DNA from: Phoronis australis
Lineage: Eukaryota > Animalia > Phoronida
NCBI GenBank assembly: GCA_002633005.1
Contig: NMRA01000012.1
Location: forward strand, 1,987,992 to 2,051,991
DNA: 64,000 nt
Reading direction: 5' to 3'
The first letter of the stretch is position 1. Each line of letters begins with the position of its first letter. Of the stretch, positions 14,701-25,300 are shown in pieces. Below the pieces are notes generated by a model that saw only the letters and a program-made list of their open reading frames with translations, made no database searches and was not told the DNA's origin. The translations under genes were made by a program, and so were the position numbers.

Positions 14701-17700
14701 TTACGAAAAGCTGTGTTTAAGTGAAAAATGTGTCTGGGATAATCAACGAACCTTATTTTTGCTGAAAGTGACATGAAAAAGGTTGCTTTCGCCTTTGACA
14801 CAGCACGCTCGTTTTCCATACTACTTCCGCTACCTCACCTCGTTATTTCATCGTTCAAATCCCGGTCTCGCTAAGCTGCATCTTTCCACTGGTCGTGTCT
14901 GTGACACGTTTGGCGGCGGCCAATGACGTCTTTGCCCGCGTGAGGCGTAGTTTGGCCTCAGTTTAGCCAAAACACCATGGCGTTGCGACAGGCTACATGG
15001 TCATGTGATATATTTACACGGTTATTAATGTTAACACGCATCGAAAGACGTTTCACCAATTATCCTATAGTTTCTTGTGTTTGGTTGATATTTGAACGTT
15101 TAGAGATATGTTGGTAAGGAAGAGAAACGTAGCAGGAAACGTAAAAAAGTAGAAAATAAATACATTGAAGTTATTAATTTAATCGTTGAGACTTCAGATG
15201 GCAAGAAAAAATGTTGTCAGTTATTCAAAAATGTATAGAGAACCTCGTTAGAGGTAATCCAGTAGGGTGCAGAGAGGGGGGGCATCCACACAGTGAGAAG
15301 GGGGGTGTCAGAACGGGTGTTACTTGTCTCGTGGGATATCTCTTCATTTACGCCACTCTCGGTACGTTTTCTGTATTTATGAGATTTTCTTACGAAAGGG
15401 CGCCATTTTATGGAATTTCTCTTCCGATATCTTTTCTACTGAATAATCTTATCGGAAGGGTATGTATCTTGATTTTTGGGGGGGCGCACCCGTCACTTAA
15501 ATACTGGAGAACCTCCTGGAGGTCAAGGAGGATTGATGTAAAATCGTTGTCAACAACAACAAAAAGTAGGGTTCCATCCGAGAGTAAGGAAGTGAGGTAG
15601 GAGCAAAAAAAAACGTCCGCTGGGCCCAAAAGCGCCCGTACCTCGCGGGAAAAAGACGTCTTGATGGCATCCGATAGTCCCGGGCATCACCAAACGTCTG
15701 CATGCTAATGGATCAGTTACTCGATTTTGTCTATTTGTGATTTTATCGTAATTTTTGGATTGTCTGAAGGTTATCGTGTCATGTAATAACGTACATTGCG
15801 TACTTGTTAATGTCTTCTTTGGCATTTTCAAATGCGTACTCATAGCCTGTATGCTAGCCTACTCTTTCAGCCGCACGTGAAGTTGCAGACGATGCCCTGA
15901 AAAGACTCTGTTACATTGTGAGATTTTTATTCGCCGATAGGCGAGACGTTCGAAACCAGTATTACAAACACTTTGGTCGTATGGCAGTCATAGGGAAGAA
16001 ACAGAAGTCAACAGACATTCCAGAACATTCACACCAATCGTCACGGTGGAATATTCGTGCAAGAGGTTTCGGGGCCACCGTGCAATTTCCGGTTTGCAGT
16101 GTCGCCGAGGAAAATCTTCTTTGTGAGAAAAAGATCGATTTATGGGCGTAAGTAAGTTTGACAGGAAAGTTTTATAGTAATCTAAAAAAACGCATTCAAT
16201 ATCCAAGACTACAGTTCCAAATTTAAGTTTCCTCTTCGACAGTTGTGCGAGATAAGCTTAATGCATTTTCAAAATTTTTATAGTCCTAGCAAATGTGTTT
16301 TGGGCAGTTATGGCCTGGCCTTCTGCTAATACGTTGTTTTTCACTCTGTAGAGAATCAGAATCATTTTGGATAGGCCTACATCTCTATTAAAAGACAGCT
16401 GTGTTTTTTAATGGAATAAGTGTCGATTTCTTATCTCAGACCGAGAATTCCATGGGATGAAAGCTAGGCCTATCTTAGAACCAAAGATCCCCAGAGATAG
16501 AAAGTCGCCACTTTTACTAAGAAAGCAGCAACATTTTATCTTTGACAAGATGTAGAAAACGGAACGTAGGTGTCTCTTCGGTAGCAACGACGTGCTTAAC
16601 ACCAAGTGGTTTTCGCTTACATTTCAGCAAAGAAGACATAGGCATCCATGAAATTGCACATGGCGTGCATACTCTAGGAGCTCATTTCGCAATCCCAGAA
16701 TTTCACAGGCGCATCGAGAAAACGTTTGTCGACGCAAAACGTAAAGGTCTTTGGAAAAACACCTACGCCATCACTTCTTTTTATGAATATTTTGTAAGTA
16801 AAAGATGGCAGATCTTATCATTCTTTCAGGTGAGGTACCTGAAGCAAAAATTGCCAAACCCTTGAACACTTTCTTGTTATCAGTTTCTTCCAGTCGTTGC
16901 AAAGGCGCCTGGATGCCTTTAGTGGGAAATGGGTACATCCAATTCCGACTAACGCTATAAGGGCACTTGTGCGACGGTCTCACGACCTCAAAGTCAGTTG
17001 TGGCGGAAATCCCTTGCAAGCGTACAACATCTGAACATCTTTCCATGTGTTTTTTCATATTTCACTGAAATTGATATGGTAATTTTAATATGAATGGGTT
17101 TTTAAGACAGTGTGACGAAAACTGAGATTCTGGCCAATCATCATAGTCGAAAACAACTTTACTATAGCCGAGTCATGAGCTGACACTTTTGAAAATTTGC
17201 TCAAAGTGAACATCTGGAGGGATAACTTGAGACTACGAAAATACCCGAGGTGACCCCAATGCTCTGAGGGGAAATTTGAGGCTACGAAAACACCCGCTGT
17301 GTTCTGAAGCATCACGCAGAAATAAACGACGGATGTTGTAAGAGAGTTATCGGTGTTGGAAGTGTTTGTCACGGTGTTTGTACACGCAATAAAACACGTT
17401 TCTCTACGTCACAGGCAGAAGGAACCAGGGCCTATTTCGATGTAAAACCGCACTCATCGTCTCCCAACGGCGTCCATAACAGTGTCACAACAAGAGAGAA
17501 ACTGCGAAAGTACGATCCAGATCTTTTTAAGCTCCTAAAGGAAGTTTTCCCATGTGGAAACAAATACATAAAGAGGTGTGGAGGAAGTCAATCTCAGTTG
17601 AGACGTAAGTTTAACAGGATAACCTTTGACATCTTCTAGTATTGTGAACTTTCAGTGTTCCGTAACTGTTCTAAATGCTATAAAAATTGATGAAAAGTTT

Positions 17701-20700
17701 GTATTCAAAGCTAAGAGCGTGTGTAAGAACTGAGCGAGGGTTAACTGAATTTTTCAGTAATAATATTGGTACTCGCCAATCCTTTTTTATTTAATATGTA
17801 TTTGAACGAGTTTGTTGGTTACTTAAAAGAATCTTTAAATAGCGAAATTTACGTAAATGAGAATCTACCTCAAATTTGTATGTTGCAATACGTTGATGAT
17901 ATGGTTGGTTGTGCAAAGACAGCATCTAAACTACAGCAACAAATCGACGTTCTGCATGAATACTGTCAAGATTGGGGTATGAAAGTCAACCTTACAAAAA
18001 CAAAAATAATGGTATTTAGAAAAGGCGGACCATTGAGAAAATACAAAAAAATGGCATTTTGGAAATGACAAAATTGATATCGTCTCATCATATAAGTACC
18101 TGGGTATTTGCCTTACACCTAAGTTAGTCTGGACGCAAGCTACGGAAACGTTGTCTCACCAGGCACAGAAAGCAGTTTTTTCAATTAAACGTTTTCGGTC
18201 AAAATGTGGACGATTTTCACCGAAAATTGCACTCAAGATTTGTGATAAAATGATATACCCAATCATTAGCTATGGCAGTGAGATTTGGGGATTTAAAGAA
18301 TATTCTAGTGTCGAGTGCACCGTGTTGAAATTTTGTAAGCAACTGCTGGGTGTTGGAAGTAACTGTCCAAATCATGCTGTCCTGGGAGAACTGGGAAGGT
18401 GTCTAATTACTGGAAAGCTGTTTGTTAAACTGATCAAGTATGGGTTTAAATTGTTAAAAATCCCAGCACATCGAAATCCAAAATCTGTCTATGGCAAGCT
18501 TATCACATTAGATGAGACTGGTAGGAAAATTGGGCTTCATCTGTTAGGAATTTGCTGCAAAGAGATGGTTTTGGATTGATATGGCACAATCAGGGAGTTG
18601 TCGGCGAAGCATCTTTTCGTGTCATTTTTGAGCAGCGAATTAAATATTGTTTTTACAAGACTGGATCTTTGCTGTGGAGAATAGCTCAAAACTTAATACG
18701 TATATCCCTCATTTAAAATTGATTTCAAAATGGAATCCTATCTGTTGCGTGATATTCCATACATCTTTTTAGCAACTAAGGCTAAATTACGTTGCTCCAA
18801 TCATAACTTGATGATAGAGAAAGGTAGACATGCTTTTGTGGACAAAAATACCGTGTGCGTTGTTTATGTGTGTCCCTATTGAAGATGAAAATCATTTCAT
18901 ATATGTTTGTAAAAAGTGCTGTTCTCTGAGAACTGCATCTACTAAGTAGTGGTGCTGACGTGAACCAAATAAACATACATTTGTAAAGCTAATGAAAATG
19001 TCGGAACCTATTGCTCAGATTAATCTAATGAAATTTGTATTTCACGCCACTGCCCCGAGGGAAAGGCTTCATGCTCAGCGTCATTGTTCTCCACCACCGC
19101 TTTTAACGTATCGCAGCATCCTGTTTAAATGAACGCGCGCCCTGTTCAAACATCTCGCGACCGGTTTAAAAAATTAGTGACCAGTTTGGATAACGCTGTA
19201 AATTTTAAGTAAAATGTGGTCCAAGGCCTTAAATGTTGAAATAAACAGAAAAAAAATAAATGCCATAAAGCACATTTCTCAAAAATTTCTATTGCCAAAA
19301 AAAAACAGAAATCGTGTATCTTACAAACAAAACTGTATACTTCAGGTGTGGTTGCATATATTTTGTTTTAAATTACAGGTGAAGAGTCGTCCACTAAGAT
19401 CCGAATGAACTGTATCAAGACCCATGCCAGTGAGTAATACCAATCTTAGAACGAAAACATTCAAGGGATGGAAATCAACTCCTACCACGGGCGGATACAC
19501 TTACCTTTCCCCGCAAAACTTTTAATTATCACGGAATGTGAATGTCAGGCACTAACCAAAATCAATTTTAGGACAAATGATGGAAAAACGTAGAAACTGG
19601 GTCGCGACCTTGTCGCTGGGCTAAAATTGCCTGTGGTACGAGCGCCCGACAGTGGTTGGAGTTCGGTTCCGTGCTAAGGTTTCTAAGCGTGGCAAGTTTT
19701 TGTTTCCACCCCCGAAATATTGTAATCCTACATGTTAATCATATCACTAATAAATTTCCGTTACCAATAGTGATATTTGAAAGCTTGTTTCAATTTAGAC
19801 GTTATGCTTTGATACTCGAAATAACTTAATTCTACACAAGACTGCCTTCGATTGAAAAAATGCAACGCCGTCTTTTGAGACCACATCAAGTCGAGTTTTT
19901 AGCGCAATTCAGTTAAATTAAACGGTGTCCTCAAATAATCGTCTTGATGGCATCCGATTTCCAAAATAAACAGTATTCTCCTGGTGCGCTATAGAATATG
20001 GGCAGCACCTCGATATAATCTCAGAACTTTGACTGTAAAAAGGTACATGTACCTATTTCGGTGATATCTTCTTTCAATGGAACATTCACTATTCCAAACT
20101 GGTGGTAGCAAGTGACAGAATATTTTTTAAGATATGTTAATCCTGTTTTCACTTAGGGTATGTTTACATGTCACAATCCTTGGTCGTCACACAAAGTAGT
20201 TGCACGCATTAGGTTATATCTTACAGGCAAATTTGTGCGTCTATCACAGTATTTACAAAACAAAGTTAAATCAGTTTGTTAACTAACTCTCATTGATTCG
20301 GTCACGTGTCTTATTCGGGGAACATATCCTTTCGGGTAAATTTAGTAAAACGAAAGCACATTCATAGTAAAACAAGGACATCAAGAGTTAACTTACTTTT
20401 GCTATGAATATTCAAGATTATTCCTGAACAATTCTGTCAAAATTTACTTAATTGTCGTTCAGTATTAGTTTATTTCGAACTTTTTCACAGCACTCCTAAA
20501 ATTGTTGAACCTTTCAAAAAACAATTTTTAAAGGCGTTTGGGAAAACAACGCATAAACCATATTACCTGAAAGTTTCATTTGAATCCGAGGAGTCGTTTC
20601 TCATCATGAAACATGACGTTCAGAAGTAAGCCACATTTTGACATTTGACTAGACTTCACTGTAACTTAAAAGAATGCTACACCCTGTTTTCGCGATTTCA

Positions 20701-21135
20701 ACCAGTCTTCGCTCTTTCCGTTTCTTGCACGCTATTGACGTAACACTTGAGTGATGAAAGCAGGATTCGACTAAAAATCATACTGAATGTGTCACTGAAT
20801 TGATAATATGACACGCCTAAAACGTAAGCCACGCTTGCCCGTTTAGTTGAATATGAAAGATTTTAAATTTTGCACCTAACTTTTGAGGGTGGAGGAAGGT
20901 TACGGAACGTTTTTTTGTTTTAGCGGGCTGGAAAGTAACATCGTTGTTGATGTCTGCTGAAAGGCCAAAACCAGGTTTGGTATCCTTCTAACTTAATATC
21001 TGACTTTTTGTGAACGTTTCAGGTTCGTGTGTGGACAACTCGTTGTTCTGTTTGGCTTGGTTCAAGATGGCTTACTGTGACAAAAGTCCGCGTTATATGA
21101 ACGACAAGTGTCCTAAAAGTTGTCATCAATGTTAA
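8747..21135 (+). CDS. Secreted zinc metallopeptidase (HEXXH plus downstream E; anthrax lethal factor/PPEP/MtfA-like) with C-terminal ShK domain, 332 aa, 7 coding exons
   Basis: Exons 8747-8780, 12420-12587, 15871-16147, 16628-16793, 17415-17604, 19379-19429, 21023-21135. All introns GT-AG with matching phases; total 999 nt. Hydrophobic N-terminus MDSWLLLALISAVV; motifs FYQKYTEAYGIPVI, RARGFGAT, AEENLLC, EDIGIHEIAHGVH, GLWKNTYAITSFYEYFAEG, TREKLRKYDPDLFKLL. Last exon CVDNSLFCLAWFKMAYCDKSPRYMNDKCPKSCHQC has the 6-Cys ShK pattern. AATAAA at ~21245. Confidence 0.9.
8848..9680 (+). mobile_element. Non-autonomous Kolobok-type DNA transposon with THAP-domain remnant
   Basis: TTAA on both sides (8844-8847, 9681-9684); perfect 15-bp TIR AGGAGAATGCCACCC; internal degenerate THAP (YVAVPACPN...PFFRFPREPELFKKWL...CVYFTEEGF, ~9013-9290). 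Confidence 0.85.
10034..10445. mobile_element. TTAA-flanked MITE (Kolobok-like termini GG...CC)
   Basis: TTAA at 10030-10033 and 10446-10449; imperfect TIR GGTCATGCAGG / CCTATGAGGAACC. A related partial copy shares CATGGTCACGTG(A/G)CCCAAT (~8173) and ends in ATGACC-TTAA at ~8402. Confidence 0.55.
10450..11357 (+). mobile_element. Non-autonomous Kolobok-type element with THAP pseudogene
   Basis: TTAA at 10446-10449 and 11358-11361; imperfect TIR AGAGTTCCCA / TGGAAACTCT; from ATG 10663: MKRSVCVRCNESNLTENVSVFKFPKYVKVAQKWHRFVRRTR, then a stop and frameshifted LCSAH..FKESCF (THAP C2CH signature). Confidence 0.75.
11740..12024. mobile_element. ~280-bp foldback (palindromic) MITE-like element
   Basis: Nested inverted blocks along the whole length: TTCCATG/CATGGAA, AATTCCAGCT/AGCTGGAATT, AAACCAT/ATGGTTT, GCGCCCCTAAA/TTTAGGGGCGC, CCGAAAATACT/AGTATTTTCGG. 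Confidence 0.6.
13462..14794 (-). mobile_element. Kolobok-type element with ~310-bp inverted termini and a decayed THAP plus Zn-ribbon transposase 5' fragment
   Basis: TTAA-AGGCGAAGGCAACC...GGTTGCTTTCGCCT-TTGA; 13462-13773 is the inverted copy of 14479-14794. The minus strand encodes a frameshifted THAP (CCVRGC...RRFPKDGTLRRTW...LKKGTMPSL) and LFGRCQVC...LGAQIILHGECVAGHSGKWDSS; no DDE core. Confidence 0.85.
17685..19070 (+). mobile_element. 5'-truncated, decayed non-LTR retrotransposon (RT C-terminal half; probably RTE-X-like)
   Basis: ORFs 17766-18068 (PFLFNMYLN, LQYVDD, LHEYCQDWGMKVNLTKTKIMVF) and 18151-18579 (ISYGSEIWG, LLGVGSNCPNHAVLGELGR), separated by frameshifts; downstream degenerate RCSNHNLMIEKGRH and Cys-rich remnant. 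Lies in intron 5 of the peptidase gene; ends approximate. Confidence 0.85.
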
Positions 21136-22303
21136 CCTAGGCGAAAAGGGAATGGCACACGTGATGGAAAATTTAGACTAACAAAAATTGCTGATGTCTG
21201 TTTTATGAAAAATGTTTACTGTCTTTCCCACTTCAGAATTACTGAATAAAGTAGCAATGTAATTGTCAGTAGCACATCGTCACAAACTAGACATAATTTA
21301 TGCAAATTATATCAGCCACGAGAAAGGATACATTTTCAGAAATCCTGTATTTTACTGAGGTGAAATGAACTTAATTTTCAGGCATTGTGGTATAGAGATG
21401 AAATTATTTTTCAGAATTTTTTGTGTAAGACGAAATTTGTGATTTCAGTCAGAAATGTAAGTCACTATTCACGAAACGTATCCCTGGTGTATGGTTTCAA
21501 ATACAGGGTGGCATTTAAGAGAGGATTTATATTCATCATTATTTATAGATTGTTGGTACATGTTTCTCGTTTGTTTCCTTACAATATAGCTTGTCATCTC
21601 AATTATATGATGAAGCTGCAAGCAAATACAAGGCAAACTTCGCGATATAGTTAGATTTATATTTTAGTAACTATACTCGACGTTGTCAAAAGCATAACTT
21701 ATACCAGGTGATAAACTAACGCACCATGCGTCAAATCGAAGGTAGAAATAAAGTGCGTTCAATCCGGCTATCCGGAAAGACAATGATGATGGTAGCACTG
21801 TAAAGGCAGCTCCAGTTAATCCGAAGTATTTGTCAGCATACTCAAAAGTGGCCGCTAAAAATTCACGGCTCTGAACTCATTTACAGAAAGAAAACAATGT
21901 CTAATATTAACGACATTACATTCATACGTCTGCTGTTCAGTTGTTCTCTCACAAGTATGAAAAACAAAAACAATATTCAACGCCCAATTAATCAATTTTT
22001 TATTTTTGCACATGAGCGGCGTTGATAACCCCAATGCGGCGACTGCCACAAACAGCGGAAATCCCAAAACAAAATGTGACGTCACTGGTTCTTTTGAGAA
22101 TAAGATTTTGGTAAAGAATGATTTGGTTTTCTTACGAGTTGCACAGTCTCTGGATAATGATGGCGAAGATATCTGTGAGATACGTTTGTTGACACGGCAA
22201 TTTAATTTCATTCATGAACACTTTATGGTTCCAAAACCTTACATATTGATGGTTGTTAAGTCAAATTTCCTTCACGCAAAGACGTAACATCGAATACACC
22301 ATT

Positions 22304-25300
22304 CTATAATACACCAGAAGATGTCACCTTCGTCGACTGTGTCATTGCGGCAGCATACAACTCACGTGACACCCACGCTGGCCACGAATCGATTGCAAAC
22401 CCTGTAGTTCGCAGTCTTTGATACAGCTCCTGGAAAACATAAAACTGTTTAAAGCGACTATAAACCAGCCATCCGTCACAAAAATTTACTTTGATTTACA
22501 CCATTTTCTTTTATTTAATTGATGTCAAAACGTTCCTTAGTCTGATTGATGCCTGACTTGGCAAGAAAGAACAGTACGACGTTATAATGTACATGCAAAT
22601 TACTTCATGTTCGAGCTTAGTTCAGTAGTTCACAAAATTTGTCAGATTTTGATTCTATTCCTTTTCCAATAACGTCTGGTGTGTTCGGCAGCTCAATTAA
22701 TGATGAAAAACTAAATGGAAATAGGTAGAAATCAAGAATACTGAATCCATCGTTTACTTTGAATAAGTAAAAGGCGACATTCATTTGCAGGAATACCATA
22801 TTTTGAGAATCAGTTGCAACACTGAATAACGGGCGTCAAACTGGTTCCCAAAATGCGGGACCCCTATAAGTGACTAATGCCAAGTAGTATAAGTAACTTA
22901 CATGTTCGTCAAATCTGTCGCCGAATTTGGTCGACCTTCCCTTGATGGCCATACTGAACTTGACACTCATTATCAAGGAATAAAAGTACATCTAAAGAGA
23001 AGTTAGAACAATAGATTACATCCAGTTTTCTTAATAAACTCTGGATATCCTGTACGTTTCAAGACATCAGGGGACCGTTTTAACAAATCCGTGAACCTAA
23101 TCTCGCTTAAGCTGAGACGGTCATAACGTGGCTCGTGAAGGCAGTCATTGAGACTGAATATGAAACTTATCAACAAAAAGTAGGTTACAAAGCTTTGCCT
23201 CGGAAAACCAGTTTCGCGGCGCAACAATACGCCTACGACCGTATTAGCAACGGCCTTTCATAACACGAGTCCCAGGTGGTCATTACAACACGTGTAGCAC
23301 AAGGCAAATGTCAATCAAGCTATTGATTCTAGCCCATCAGAGTGCGGAAAAATGCAAACACAGCGATCATCCACCATCTTGGCCCACAAACATTTGCCTC
23401 TAACGAAAGCCAAAAAGATATTTTTTAGAAGGGATTTGGAGACTCATGATGCAGATCAACAACTTAAGGAGAACGAACAAGGAGAGGGCTTACGAATAGA
23501 AGACCATGAGGTAGACCTCACGATGAGCTGATCAGGTCCCCGAAATGTGCGTCAGAATGAAAAATCTGAACTGAAAGTGAAACAAATTCACCTGATCCTC
23601 ACATGTTGAAAATGTTTCACTTGCAACAGCAGTAGCTGATGTATATTGGGCCAACGGCAATAGTCACTTCCATGGATCCAGGATTTTGATGCCGCTTTTC
23701 AGTGGAGAAAACTACTTATCAAAGTGCGAGACCCTTGCATACTGTTACCGAGCCAACAACAAATCATTTGGAACACATGTAGGTGACAGCTTATGTAACT
23801 TACAAAAACGTACTTCGTCGACAAAACGCATGCATTCTTTTTCCCATGCACCAGACCATTTGTGGCCACCAACGAAACTTAACGCTGTCTAATCGCATAG
23901 ACAGATGTGTTATGGAGTAATAGCATCTAATCGGACATCTCAATGAAGCTCAGCTGGTGTGAAAAGACTTCAAATCGAGATGTTCCGTTGTTGTGGGTAA
24001 CGGCTAATATTTCACGAGTCCCGTGGTAATTACGTGACCCCATGCCTGTGCCGGGTAGTAGTTTCGGTGAAATGTAATGGGGAACTCACGTAAAATAATC
24101 TGTTGTTGTAGATGACACACAGGGGACGCCCATCCTCCATTCTGGTGAGCTCTTGTGGTATTTCAAAACAGAATGTATGGTGGGCGTGGCCTGACTACGT
24201 TTGCTTGAAGTATCGGCATTATATGGTCCAGGCATTACTAAATTTTTGTAGACAAAATATGGAAATTTACTCACTTCTTCTAGTTGGTTACTGTAATTAT
24301 CCAGTTCCTCATTTCTCTGCGTAAGTTCCGACATTCGCAAGTCTCTAGATCCAGTGTCTTTCTGGTAACGGGTTTTCAAGTGATTCAGCTCCGCCTGAAG
24401 TACGTCTAGTTCGGCTTGTTTCGCCGTCCCTCGTTGCTCCGTCTTACGCAAGTTTGCTGCCAGCCTTGACATTTGTTTCTGATAGCTCTCCAGTGTGAGG
24501 CGGTGTAAGTTGAACATTTTCATTGCTCCTTCCCCAATACCCTAGAGAAATTATGAACTGACATAACCCAGAAGGTAAGAAACCGGAAATAAAAAGTTGA
24601 AGGATTTTGTAAGAGATATTGTTTAGCGATAGCATTATTTTGGATAAAATAATCGCAGATGTACTAAAGAATCAGTGGTCTCAAAATGACAGCTAATTCA
24701 ACACTAAAATTCAAAATCAGGTCATCACGCCTGCGGATACGTTACCTTAACTACCGAAGCACTAACAGTGGCGGATTTAGAGGGGGGCCAAGGGGGCAAT
24801 GCCCCCCTCCCTAAAATTCTCCCAGATTCCATTTGGCGCTTCGGGGGTGCGAATGTCTGACGGGTAAAACCCTGGCTAATACTCTGCCCTNNNNNNNNNN
24901 NNNNNNNNNNNNNNNNNNNNNNNNNNNNNNNNNNNNNNNNNNNNNNNNNNNNNNNNNNNNNNNNNNNNNNNNNNNNCCCCCCCTAAATCAAAATCCTGGA
25001 TCCGCCTTGACTAACCACCCGCCTATCTCCTAAGGAAATTCCAGATGCACCTATACTAAATTCAGCCGGTCACCCATAGAAGGCGACTCGGCTTATTAGA
25101 TTTGCCAGAATCGTCAATAAGTTTGAATCCGTGTTTCTACCTCCGTCTTGATTTCCGCTGTCACTTCGACGGAATACCTGAAAATTAGGTACGGATCTCT
25201 ACCACACTTACAGAATATGAAAGCGATTATACATCGCGGAACCTGATTAACTTTTGGGTGAAATCGGAAATCGGGACCTAAAATTTCTTCCCTGTCTTGA

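Noticed and set aside
25138-25177. Candidate extra exon of the sorting nexin gene
   Set aside because: The flanking exons already join in phase 0 and this candidate would end in phase 1.
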